64,000 bases of DNA, taken from positions 37,386,001 through 37,450,000 of the forward strand of contig CM097886.1 in assembly GCA_044892525.1 (NCBI GenBank), given 5' to 3'. The notes beneath the pieces were generated by a model that had not been told where the DNA came from, ran no database searches, and saw only the letters and a program-made list of their open reading frames with translations. Positions 1 through 12,800 of the stretch are shown here, one piece after another (positions within the stretch are counted from its first letter, which is position 1; the number at the start of each line of letters is the position of its first letter). The translations under genes and the position numbers were made by a program. The DNA comes from Schmidtea polychroa. Lineage: Eukaryota.

Positions 1-296
1 TGTTTTATTTGTTTTCTATTTTTCTGCGTGATTTTCTTAATTTGGTTGGTTTTTGGGTGTGTAGTGGCCCAATTTTTATTTTTTTTCAATTTTAATTATT
101 ATTTCGTGTTTTTTATTTATATTTTCTTATTTTTTAATTTTCTTATTTTTACCGCTCTTCCTATTTACTATTAAGTTTAATTATTTTATTTATTTTCCTT
201 TGTGGCTTTTCCCTCCTCCATTCAGTTCCCAATTTTCTCCGTAAGAGAATAAATAATGAAAATGATCCCAAATTCAAAAGTCTTAACAAGATAAAT

Positions 297-1415
297 GTGC
301 CTAATCAGTCAATGCTAGCTCATTTTAATTTATTAGACAATAGAGGGATTAAAACTCATCATTCAAATGCTACTTTTATTCAATATTCTGAAGGGCTCAT
401 GAAATCAATTGAACGGATTTTGTTGCTAGCAGATTGGATATATGTATTAGATATTCGGAAAAATATTATTAAAGTCATTCAAAGTCTCAATGATATGGAT
501 TCAAAAGGTACAAAAAATTTCCCAGCTTTTATGCACATGTTCAGTCGTTTCGGAACTGACATGGTAAAATTAGGAGAAATCTCAGGACAAAGACAAATGA
601 TTCTCAAAAATATTCAACACAGGTGCCTAGTATCTTTCATCCCGTCAATGTCAGAAAGAACCACTATGATGATTTTAGCTGTTTGGAAGGTCAATTTTAA
701 ACACAAATACTCCAAAATCAACTCTGCTACCTTGTTTCTCTTGTGCAAACAAAAATGCGTCAATGCGCACCATGCAAACCGAAATTGGCCAGTTGAAGAA
801 GTGAATCGATCACATGGGGGTACATGGTTCACCTTCGTCCAGATGAAAGACACCAATAAGAAAGTGCTCCGTCTCGAGGACTGCAGGTATAGGCTGCTGG
901 AGGACAATCGCTCTCAGCACACCCTCATTTGAGAGCAATTGAGAGCTTTTCATCAAATTAACACAAACTCAGAGCTCAGAAATCGTATCGCAAAATGTTC
1001 TGCCGAAGATCAAGTCAATATTTTCCCCAGTCACCATTTAACTGATGGTCCATGTTCGCCAAAACGATCTAAGTGTCAAGAACATGGGAAAAGTACTGTC
1101 ACATCGCCAGTCCCGGAGGTGATCTATGTCGGCACTAGCGTAGCCCCAGTGGCTACAGTAGCACCTGTCTCGACTCCGTCTCCATCTATCGCACCTGGAA
1201 AGCCGAAGCGAAAATCCCGCACTCGGGCGGGACGGACGCAGCGTCGTCGAGAAAAACAGGCAGGAGTGGAAGCCACTCATGCCAAAGCAACCGCCGATCT
1301 GATGGTTGCATTCGAAGCTTCAAAGCGTCCGTTGTACCGAATAGTATCCACCTCTGCTACTCAAGAGACGGAAGAAGGGCAATGTCATTTCGTCCTCAAA
1401 CAATTGCTACAATAG
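297..1415 (+). CDS. Orphan ORF (about 370 codons) interrupted by one in-frame TGA at 930-932; unknown product or pseudogene
   Basis: ORFs 297-932 and 939-1415 are in the same frame, separated only by TGA GAG CAA. Visibly more GC-rich than the flanks. C-terminal Pro/Thr/Val-rich stretch and basic motif KPKRKSRTRAGRTQRRREK. No family recognised. Confidence 0.4.
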
Positions 1416-2174
1416 GCAGAAAATAATGCGTTTTGAGAATCGTCCACTCCGAACCCAACCTAATTGTCTCATCTTTTCGATTCTACTCGCATGTAGTACG
1501 GACTAACTCCGTTAATTAACATTTTTCTGATTCTTCATTCCATTCACTAAAACTCAAGGTCAAAGGAGCTTGTGACGCACACATATTGGTAAAGTTATGG
1601 TGTAAAGATACAATAGAAAATGTAGAACGGGATTTTTGGGGTTGTGAGAAGAAATATTTCCTTGCCGTTTATCAAGTATTTGTATACATTGTTCTATTAC
1701 TGATACAACAAAACAAAATTACAAATAACAGTAGAGCAACATGATTTTCTTTAGCTTTACAAAAAAGGGCTTCAATTAACCTTAGCGCATTCTATAATTT
1801 TAAAAATTAATTTAATTCAAATTAGACATATTTACTTATGTCATATATCTGTGAACTATAAAATCAATAATTTTAAAAAAAGAAGCCTATTTAAAAATAC
1901 AAATTATTTAAATATAAATATTTCCCCATCTTGGTCTTGAAATTCATTGTTTTCCATTAACAATAATTTAAAAAACACTATGCATTTTATTAATAAATAA
2001 TATAAATTACACGATGTAAAATTAAATAAATTAAAATATTCTTGTTTGTTTTTGTACAAATTTAACGCTAATTTTTAAAATCTTAGTTTTTTTGAATTTT
2101 ATAATTATTATTGATCTTATTGCTATTATTTTAGTCGTCTTTTGTCATATTATTTTTACCGAATAATTGTAGAA

Positions 2175-2501
2175 ATGGATGCTCAATACGTTTTTTATAA
2201 AGATAGAGAAGAATGGAAAGACATAGAACCTATAAAACAGGATGAAAAAGGCAGGCTTGTAGCTAAAATTAACTACAGTGAAAAATTTGTTGATGTCTAT
2301 GATTACATAAGAGCTGTCATGGTCAAAGATGAGCGCTCAGAACGCGCATTACAATTGACTGAAGATGCTCTTGTGTTAAATGCAGCTAATTATTCAGTTT
2401 GGTATTTTAGACGAAATATTTTGAGTGAATTGAAAAGCAATCTCGATGATGAATTGAATTTTGTTGCAATGTGCATTAATGAAAACCAAAAGAATTATCA
2501 A
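2175..2501 (+). CDS. FNTA: FNTA exon 1
   Basis: MDAQYVFYKDREEWKDIEPIKQD...KNYQ, then donor gtatga at 2502. Confidence 0.9.
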
Positions 2502-5261
2502 GTATGATTAATTTAAATTTTACTGATTTATCTGAAATTAATTAAGGTTTGGTATCATAGACAATGGATCGTATCTGAACGATCTAAAATGACTGATGAT
2601 ATAAAGAAATTAATTGAAAATGAATTGGTCTTAACCGAATCGTTTTTGATGGATGACAATAAAAATTATCACGTTTGGCAATATCGTAATTGGATTGTAA
2701 ATACTTATAAAATGTGGGACAATGAATTATCATTCACTGATAAAATGCTAAATCAGGACTGTTTTAATAATTCTGCCTGGACTCATAGATTCTATGTCAT
2801 AGAGTCATTGTCGGGTTACACGGATATTGTTATCGATCAGGTTAGATGTGCACTTTTTTGTAATATTTATCAATTTATTTCGAAATTTAATTTATTAAAT
2901 TAAATATTTTGTAATTAATTAAAAGTTTTATCATTTTTAATAAATTGCTTAACATTTTGGATTTTGATCGGTATAGGAATATTAATTAAAATTAAAAAAT
3001 TAATTTGAAATATTGGCGTCTATAAAAGGTTAATAGGTCAACAGCTTCTTGACACAAAACACATTGCTATAAGGTTTGCTATATTATATCGAAATCCATA
3101 ACCTTGCCTGTCAATTTTTAATGATAAACAAATTAATTTTATTAATTAATTACTGACAATTTAAGAATTTATATTAATTTTGAAAATTAATTCTAAATTA
3201 AATGATTTAAGCACTTACTGAAATATAGATTTTATTCAGTTTTATCTTGATTTCGTTGTCATATTTTATTATTGCGAAACGTCTACGTTTTTTATTACAC
3301 TTGTACACTTTAATGCAAAACTTCAAAATCCATCATTCTATGGATATTCTTAGTTAATAATTTCAGCTTGAAATACTGCCAAATATTTTATAATTATGAT
3401 TGTAGGGTAATGCTAGTTCGAGTTTAATAGACCAATCTAATGTGAGAAACAATATGTTTCAGAAAGTCTAGAATTTTTAAAAGGGTTGCCATTTATTTGA
3501 TGTAATACTGCGTGAAAAGCATTGCCGGAAGCATTTTTAGTAAGTTGAAAATTTAAATGAAAGATCTGAAAATCCAGTGTTACCGACATGCAAAGTGAAA
3601 ACACAGGACTAACGTTTTCTCTATAAATTTTATTTTTGAGTGTTTAAGACCTATGATACATCTTGCAAGCTTAAATAAGCCTTCAAATAGATAACATTAA
3701 TAGATAGCTTTTCTTTCTCACAAAGTGGAACACATTTATTCATATAAAACGTCACAGCAATATTATCAAATCTTACCTTAGAAAAAAGGTAAAATTCAAA
3801 CAGTATGTTACGAATTTACATTTCCCAGTTGTTAACGACCAATACTATATTTAAGTCTAAGAAATAAAGTTTTTGATTCAATTTCCATTCTTCATAATCC
3901 AAAAATATTCCTTCACGCTTGGGTATTCCTTTTATAATTTAATTTTATATTTTTTTTGTACTGCAAGTTGATATTTTCCATCTGCCACCTTCCAAAGGTC
4001 AAAACTATATCCTTGCCATTATATAGAGAAAAACAAACTGGCCCCAAAGTATAACTTTTAGTAAAAAATCTATTTATAAAATAGGTAACTTCTGATAATT
4101 TGATTGGTTCAGTAAATTCAATTTCTTCAACTACTACACCTTGTTTGATTTCTGAAACAATGATCATTTATTTAAATAATTTTCAAATTTTGACTATTCA
4201 TAAGATATTTTCCTATAATTTTTAATGAGAAAAATTAATTTTTAATAAAATATTGTTACAAAAATCATGCATTTATTATTTCATTGTAAAAAACTGATTG
4301 GTTTCTTAATGTATACAATTTTCTATTCAAAGGACGTAAATTTTGTTACTTTCCTAGAGTGCAAGTTGGGATTGTCCCACCTCTGTCTAAAACAATCATT
4401 GTATTATGAGTTACTTTGCCAGGTAGCATGCCTATAATTCTAGAATTTCCTCCTCGACGGACATGAGTTTTCGCCAATAGTTCAGATACAAAATAAAGCT
4501 GTTATTTTCTAATTCCCAACATAAAAAGGAAGCAAGAAAATCCAAAAATTATATTCAAATTCATCCATGAAAAATAAGTACAATAATATCCCAAGATAAA
4601 TTTACAATCAGCTGATGAGAAAATTTAACAACATAACTGTTTAATTGAAAGATTGCAATAATATATATCGTTATTTCGGAGTTAAATTAAGATTTTATAT
4701 ACAATTTCCAATCTACTTTTATCCTGTCCGTTTAACTCCTATTTAAGCCATTTCGGAATTATAATAATAAATCTAAATTTAAAAAACTGTTTAAAAACAT
4801 CCATAATTTACTCTTATAATTACCAGGAAACCGAATACGTGTGTAAATTCATCAAAATTGCCCCCGAAAATGAAAGCTCATGGAACTACCTCGATGGCTT
4901 GTATAGAAATAAAGAATTATATTTACAAAACCATTTGAATGAATTCTGCCAACAATTACATTCCAATGAAAACGCCAATAAAAGCCCGTACTTGCATTCA
5001 TTTTCACTGGAGATCTGTTTGTCGAAGTTGAGAAATGTAAATAAGTACGAAGTGTATTGAAATCCCTACAGAATTTGAATTGCTAAACTATTTTTCAGAC
5101 TGTCCGGTGGCGACTCAAATAAGTCCAACATGATTAAAGAAGCAATCGACAAATGCAACTTGCTTGGTGAAAAGCTCGATCGGATTAGAATTAATTATTG
5201 GAAATATCGTATTCATAGGATCGCAATTGAATTCGGGTCTGAAGAGAGTGCTCCTCAGTGA
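2175..5261 (+). CDS. FNTA: Protein farnesyltransferase/geranylgeranyltransferase type-1 subunit alpha, spliced gene join(2175..2501,2547..2840,4827..5044,5099..5261), about 333 aa
   Basis: PFTA repeats NAANYSVWYFR, KNYQVWYHR, KNYHVWQYR, FNNSAWTHR, ENESSWNYL; C-terminal DRIRINYWKY. Three GT-AG introns (45, 1986, 54 nt) join in frame. Confidence 0.93.
2547..2840 (+). CDS. FNTA: FNTA exon 2
   Basis: Acceptor ttaag; VWYHRQW...IVIDQ; donor gttaga at 2841. Confidence 0.9.
4827..5044 (+). CDS. FNTA: FNTA exon 3
   Basis: Acceptor taccag; ETEYVCKFIKIAPENESSWNYL; phase-2 donor gtacga at 5045. Confidence 0.85.
5099..5261 (+). CDS. FNTA: FNTA exon 4 (terminal)
   Basis: Acceptor tttttcag; ...KEAIDKCNLLGEKLDRIRINYWKYRIHR...APQ, TGA at 5259-5261. 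Confidence 0.85.
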
Positions 5262-5557
5262 AGGAAAATTTACATAAACTATTTCGATTTTTGTCAATGA
5301 TTTTACTCTGTTTTCAAAAAATTATTTATATTCTTTGTTTTTAATTGCATTTTCTAAGTGTATTCGTATTATATCAGTTTTGTCTGCAATTGTTAAATAA
5401 ATATAAATAGCAAATTTCTATCAATACATCTTTTATATGATTATATATTTTGACTTTTAAATACCACTCGCATCTTAAACGATACAACCGTTAAAATCTG
5501 TAATTCTATATAAATATTTAAAATTTCCTGCAAAAGCCAATTTTTGAATCGCAGCTA

Positions 5558-5635
5558 CCGTATATACTCGCGTATAAGTCGAGTAAATTTTAAGAGGTTT
5601 TTAAGTCCTAAATTGGAAACTCGCGTATAAGTGAA
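5558..5635. mobile_element. Truncated pogo/Tigger-type MITE end
   Basis: TA+CCGTATATACTCGCGTATAAGTCG terminus with an internal repeat of ACTCGCGTATAAGT; same terminus style as the MITE at 13914; no partner end seen. Confidence 0.55.
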
Positions 5636-5679
5636 GTAACAAAAATAAAAAAAGGTTTAATGATTTTGAAGGAATAAAC

Positions 5680-6290
5680 ACTGATTACAATAAAATTATC
5701 GCGATTGAAAATTTCGAAACTCCAAAATGTGTTAAAAAATTACGAAGTTTTCTTTGATTAACAAATTATTATAGTTGATTTATAAATATGTATTCAAAAT
5801 TAATAATAATAAAATTAATTTATTAATATGTATTCAAAACCACTGGAAAATTGTGAGGTGTAAATCAGACAATAATTATGTGGACAAATGAGTGCGAATA
5901 GGCCTTTCAAGAATAAAAGAACTTTAGTAAAAACTCCAATTCTTGTATTCCATGACTTTACAAAGGAATTAATTATGGACAAATTCTAGTTTCGACAAAA
6001 TTGGAGCAGTTTTATCGCAGTTAGATGAAAATGACAAAGAAAGTAATTACATATCGTTTGCACACAATGAAAAAACACGAAGTAAACTATAGTAGCACTC
6101 AGAAAAAATTATTAGTCATAATTTATTTTACCGAACATTTCAAGCATTATTTAAAGACCACAAGACAATAGCGTTTATGTTGAAGAAGCTAATCACACCT
6201 CAATTTTAAAGATATATTAACCAATTAAGTGGTCAGAACATTGAAACGGAATACCGTAAAGGTGAAACGCATATTGTTATTGAAACAATA
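5680..6290 (+). mobile_element. Degenerate Ty3/gypsy pol relic (RT connection/RNase H)
   Basis: Broken frames read IENFETPKCVKKLRSFL*LTNYY, KTPILVFHDFTKE, IGAVLSQ, NYSSTQKKLL; many stops and frameshifts. Confidence 0.75.
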
Positions 6291-6514
6291 TATTATTATA
6301 AAATTGGTATTAGCTTATTTACATTTTATTTTTATCATATAAATATTGCACTAATGATATATTATTGCGTTTGTTTTAGTTGATTATATCATATAATTAT
6401 TCGTAATAAATTTAATTTGTTAATGTGATTTTTTACGACACTAGATTTAGCGTAATCGCTTTGATTAGATTTTTTAAAATTAACTCCTGAAATTATTTAA
6501 TTTAATCTCAAAAC

Positions 6515-6862
6515 ATGGAAGTTCTTCACTTTTATCAAATTGTTCCGTTTTCAAGCAAGCTTAAAAGAAATTTGACTGAGAATAACCTTTTGGATGACAC
6601 TATTATCCCAACTTCAGAAATATGCTATAATATTGAACTAAGAGGAGATGAACTTGACGATGATCAAATTCGAAGATTATTGTGGTTAATTACAAGATCA
6701 GATAATATTAACGATATATCTTCAAAACCAATTAATTTTCAGTTGAAGAAATATAATATGAGCATTGAGATTGGACCCAGATTAAATTTCTGTACTCCTT
6801 TAAGTACTAACGCTGTATGTATTTTGAAAAGTCTGGGATTTAATATGATAAATCGTTTTGAA
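6515..6862 (+). CDS. PFAS: PFAS exon 1
   Basis: MEVLHFY...[16 protein letters not shown]...RFE; donor gttagt at 6863. Confidence 0.85.
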
Positions 6863-9800
6863 GTTAGTTACGATTGATATTTAAATTCTTATTTTCCACA
6901 CATATTTAAAATTAATTCGGAGTTCCTATCATGCTATTTTATAAAGTTGTAAAAATGATAAATCAATTTTGAATTAGTGGATCTTTGAAACATTTGAAAT
7001 TGAATATTTTTATACTTTTGATATCGAGGATTTATTTTAGTCTAAAAATTATTTGAAACGTCCTGCANNNNNNNNNNNNNNNNNNNNNNNNNNNNNNNNN
7101 NNNNNNNNNNNNNNNNNNNNNNNNNNNNNNNNNNNNNNNNNNNNNNNNNNNNNNNNNNNNNNNNNNNNNNNNNNNNNNNNNNNNNNNNNNNNNNNNNNNN
7201 NNNNNNNNNNNNNNNNNNNNNNNNNNNNNNNNNNNNNNNNNNNNNNNNNNNNNNNNNNNNNNNNNNCTAACCCTAACCCAAAATACGAAATAAATTTATT
7301 TTTCCCCAACAATAATTATTAAGTGTAATAATGATCAAATTCACTTGAAAAAGGCAGTGCCGAAAATTCGTGAGTATCAACAAACATCGATATATTACTG
7401 ATTTATAGTCTTCAATATATATGCTGTGAGCTTATAGACTGTAATGTATTGACGTACTTGACTCCAGCAATGATTAATTACTTTAAATTTAGTTCTTCTA
7501 GGTCAGTGGTGTCAAACATACGGTACACAACAGACTTTAAAAAACACTTGAAATAATGTCAATATAATAAAAATATCAATGAATTTATCCTCGTAAATAC
7601 ACGCCTACACGTAATGTTTTGTCTGCAGTCTTTCTTGTATACGATGCTCCAGCCCATCAGTACTTTAAAGTTTGACCAACCTCATTAGTTCATGAAATGT
7701 GTCAAATTTGCCGTCCACACGTAATGTTTTGCATGACAAATGATCATGCAAGACTGTCGACAAATCATTAGTCGTGCGAACGGACCTTAGTGTACATATC
7801 TGATGATCAGACACCAGCAAACGATAATTCACTCGCACCTACGGCAAAGTTGTCGTAATTGTCTAATTTATTATTAGCCATTTATGAAAGTTTGTGGCAT
7901 TTAAGCGCTGTAACTTTTCCAGTTTTGATTGTGTTTATATCTATATTGTTTTTTTTCCTGAAATTATAACCATGTTTTTAATACAAAGAAAAGTTAACGA
8001 AGAGTGTCGGGTTTTGCAGAAAAACTGGAGACTATAGTATTTTTCGCTGGGCATTAATGGAAAGCCGACATGTTTAATTTGTAACAAACAGATTGCTGTT
8101 GCCAAAGATTATAATATTCGAAAACATTATGAAACAAACCATGATTCGAAGTTTAATAAATACAGTGGTAAGTTACGCGAAGATCAAGTTAAACAATTAG
8201 AACAGTCATTGAATAAGCATGGTTAATGAAGTCAGTGATGCTGCAGTTAAGGAAAGTTACAGGATTGCACATGAAATAGCTGTGTCATCGAAGCTTTTTT
8301 TAGAAGCGGACGTCATAAAGAAATGTATGTTGATGTCTTCAGAAGATATTTGCCCGGAAAAAACGTCCAGCTTTTTGCGAACATAAGCTTATCAAGAAAT
8401 ACAGTTGCAGAAAAAATTAATGAAATATCAGAGAATATTAATTGCCAACTTAAGGAGAAAGTTGGATGCTTTACTGCATTTTCAGTTGCGATTGATGAAA
8501 GTACTGATATAACTGATGTTAGCACAAAAAATAAAAAAATGGATAAAAAAATGTATTTAACAGAAGAGTTTGTAGAATTGGTACCAATGAAAGAAACAAC
8601 AATAGCTAGTGACATCTTTGAAAGCTTGATAGGGCACTTGATAAATTAGATGTTGATTGGCCACAACTTGTAAGTTTAACCGCAAATGGATCACCACAAA
8701 TGGTTGGTAGAAAAGCTGCAGTGGCAACAAAATTAAAGGTAAATCTGTTATCTGTGAATCCAAATCAGAAATTTTATAATCTACATTGCATTATACAAAG
8801 AGAAGTATTGTGCAGCAAAATATTAAAAATGAATCACATTATGGGTGTCGTTATAAAGGCAGTGAATTTCATTAGAGCGCGAGGCCTAAACCACAAACAG
8901 TTCAACTGCTTTATGGAGGAAACCAATATGTTGGGTTGCATTTCACAATGATTTTCACTGGTTAATTCGGGGAGTTGTACTGAAGCGATTTTATGAACTG
9001 CACAGAGAAATACAAATGTTTATGGAACTGCAAGACAATAAAGTGCATGAACTTAAAGATGATAAATTGATTCAAGATCTTGCTTTCATGGTTGATATTA
9101 CCGGAAAATTAAATTTTCTGAATACAAAACTTAATGACTCTTCGTACCTTTGAGATGAAATTACAGGTTTTTGAAATGTAGCTAAAAGAGAGTAATCTTG
9201 CACGCATTCCCACCCTGAAGTCCTCACTGAACTTCCAGCTGAAATCATCACAGGAACGTACCGCATCAATATTTCCAACTTGAAGAATGAGTCCTAATAA
9301 CGATTTGCCCAATTTAAATACCTTGAAAAGAACATTGCCATTTTTGAGAATCCGTTCTCGGTTAATGTTAATGAGGCACCAGATCTACTTCAACTAGAAT
9401 TAATTGAGCTCCAGTGTGATTCTGTTTTGAGGAACAAATTTTCCGATGTTGATATTGGCACATTTTATCAATATGCTGGACCAAATTATTCTATATTTAA
9501 ATGTTTAGTTTCAAAGATAATGACCATGTTCGGAAGTACATAAGTATGTGAACAGCATTTTTTCTGTAATGAACATAAGCAAAACTTGGCTTCGCTCGAA
9601 AGTTTCTAACGAGCACCTTGATTTGAGACTGAAGGTTGCTCAGTCATTGGTGATCAAACTTTGATTAACTTGTTAATAGCAAGAGGTGTCAAATGTCTGG
9701 AGGCAACAGTAGCAAGCACTAATGAAATAATAAATAAGAATATATACATCTGATAACGTGAGTAAATTAACTTTTTCTCTCTTATTAAATTTGGTCATCT

Positions 9801-12800
9801 GTATCAACTGAGTTTGACATCCCTGTTCTAGGCGAATCCTTGAAATACACCCGTTTGCACTGAATAAAGGCACCTATAATAAAAAACAAAAAATCAATAT
9901 GTGTATATTATAAAAACATACAAACTTACCTGTGTGTTGATTTTTATCGTTGCAATGAATAAACGCATTTAATATAGAAAGTGAGAAAGTGGTAGAAAAA
10001 ATAAACTGACACACACAAACACAACACATAGTAAAAAATGCATGCAAAATATATAATTTGTTTCAACTCCAATGATGCGAATCAATAATTTTGAATGTTT
10101 AACTTTTCGTTTAAATTATTGTGAAAGTTTACAAGTTTATCAAAATTCCAAAATTTGAAAGTGTAGAAAGAGACGATATTTGGCATGAACCTAGCAAGAC
10201 TAATAAGAAAATGTCAATTTTTAGGAACACTTTAAATATATGAGAAGTTTAACCTATAAAAAAATTATTATAACTAAATTGGATAACGAAATATGGCTAA
10301 ACGATACATATAAAATTTCTGTCAAAGAATAAGTAGTAATGGGTTGGCTGAATTATGTACAATTAATGATAGATAAATTTCTCCACTAAAATTGCCTTAA
10401 TTTCTTTACAAAATTATCATTCATAATATATAGGAAACCCACTTAAGCAATCACTTGTTATTATCTTGTTCTCGCCAAATGTTTAATTAATGATAATAAA
10501 AACTTTCCTTTTAAAAAGTCATGTAATGTGTTTTGATTCATTGCAGTTAAATGAAATCATACATTATTTTGTGATTTCATTTTTGAACTTATTTTTCGTT
10601 TTGACAAAGATTGTTTTTAGATTAATTATACCGTATTAGCCCGAATATAACGCGACAATTTTTAACATTTTATTTTTATTAAATTTTGGTTTAAATTAAT
10701 TAAATTTATTGTAATGAATATAACCTATGTATTACTTTTAATTACCTAACGAAACGCTTATCTGATTGAATTTCCCTTAATTTTAATTTTTTTATGAGTA
10801 TTTTTTTTCTAAATTCGGGGTCGCGTTATATTCGGCCTAATACGGTAGTTAACTTTATTTCAGCATTGAGTTATTCTATTGGTGATACATCCTTTCTGAT
10901 AATATGATCCAAAAACAGGTAAAACACACATTTTTATTTTTATTTTTTCTGTTACTCTTATTTGATTATATTCTAACCTAGCGTTTTTGGCTTAAGAACA
11001 TTAAAAACACTTTATTGTGTTACTTCAAAGTTCTTTGAAAAATAATAGTTTGACTTTTACTTAATGATTTTTATAGTCCCCTTAATTCTTCTACTCAAAT
11101 CCTAAATGCATTCTCAAACTTCCTGCTTTGTAGTGAAAAAATAATTTACAGAAATAATTTACCCTTTGAAATAATTTGGTTCAAATTATTCATTATTTCT
11201 CCCTATATCATCTGCATTTGCAGAACTTGTTCCTACCCGGCTTTTATCATTTTAATCTATGAAACGCCATTTTATCAACTAAAATGTTGCATTGGTAAAT
11301 AGATAAACTTTAAACTGATAATTTATAAAAAGAAAATATAATTCCGAGCAAGATTATACATACAGAGAGATACTATCAAAAGTTCCTTACATTCAATTAC
11401 CTCTGAAAATTAAAATTCCTTAAACCAAAATCAATTACCATCAACTGTCGAATGATGAATAGTTTTTTAAATCTTAATTATCCTTTTTAACAGAATTAAA
11501 AGAAAAAATGGTAGTGCTATCTTAAAGTCAGGTCTTTTCAATATCTTCCATTTGTTAAATATATTTGATAAATTTGATAAAGTCAGACATAACAATTATA
11601 TTTAGATATCTCATATTTATCATTTTTCTTCCGAAAACGACAATTTATTATCGAAAAGAACCGATATTATTAAAAATATTCATGATAAAATGACCGAAAT
11701 GGCTTATCCACATCAAATAAATTCATTCAATTTAAATGTGGTCCCCAGTCCCGTTTTTATTATTGATTTAATGAATGAAGGAATCAAAGCATTGGAAGAC
11801 GTATAAAATAATTTATTGTCTTTATTGATTGAGAATGGAATTTAACAGATCAATAAGTCAATGGGTTTGGCAATGGATGAATGGGATTTAATGTATTATT
11901 ATGATATTTTCGTCAATATTATGCACCGTAATCCTACAAATGTCGAATGCTTTGATCTTGCCCAATCAAATAGCGAACATTCCAGGCATTGGTTTTTTAA
12001 AGGACAAATGATAATAGATGATGTTGGAATGGTGAGTTATAAACAATTTCGAATCANNNNNNNNNNNNNNNNNNNNNNNNNNNNNNNNNNNNNNNNNNNN
12101 NNNNNNNNNNNNNNNNNNNNNNNNNNNNNNNNNNNNNNNNNNNNNNNNNNNNNNNNNNNNNNNNNNNNNNNNNNNNNNNNNNNNNNNNNNNNNNNNNNNN
12201 NNNNNNNNNNNNNNNNNNNNNNNNNNNNNNNNNNNNNNNNNNNNNNNNNACTGGCAATGATTTAATTATAAAAATCCATAAAGATGGTGTGCCTATTAAA
12301 CCTGTTTTATCCATGGTTGGCACTGTCCAGTATAAAATAGCCAAATTTTTTGATGGATTATTAAAACCATTAATACGATCAGAATTCGAATGTAAAGATA
12401 GTTTTGAATTTGTTTCCTGCATTGCACAATATGATAGATAAAGTGTGGATAAAATTATGGTTTCGTTTGATGTTTGTAGTCTGTTTACTAATGTACAATT
12501 GGTTGAAACAATTGAATTATGTTGCTTGTTATGGAATGAAAATATCTCTAAACATCATATTTTGTATGGAAGGGCATTTCGTGAACTTCTTGAATTTGCT
12601 ACTTCAAAAATCAATTTTCTTTTCAACTATGAATGGTATCAACAAATAGATGGAGTTGTTATGGGTTCTCAAGCACCAACGATGGGTTCGATTTTTTAGC
12701 AAGCTTAGAAAAGAAAATTGCATTTTTCCTATTTATGAAACCCACTGTTTATGAACGGTCTGTGGATGATATTTTTCTTATATTTGAAAATCAGAGGCAC

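Noticed and set aside
930-932. TGA as selenocysteine
   Set aside because: No redox motif around it and no SECIS recognisable by eye downstream
6863-6877. Apparent premature stop in PFAS ORF 6515-6877
   Set aside because: Removed by the intron starting gttagt at 6863; the frame continues at 11606
7267-7280. CTAACCCTAACCC next to a gap, resembling a telomere
   Set aside because: Only two units, inside an intron of a continuous gene
7049-7322. ORFs containing X runs (also 12054-12422)
   Set aside because: Artefacts of N gaps
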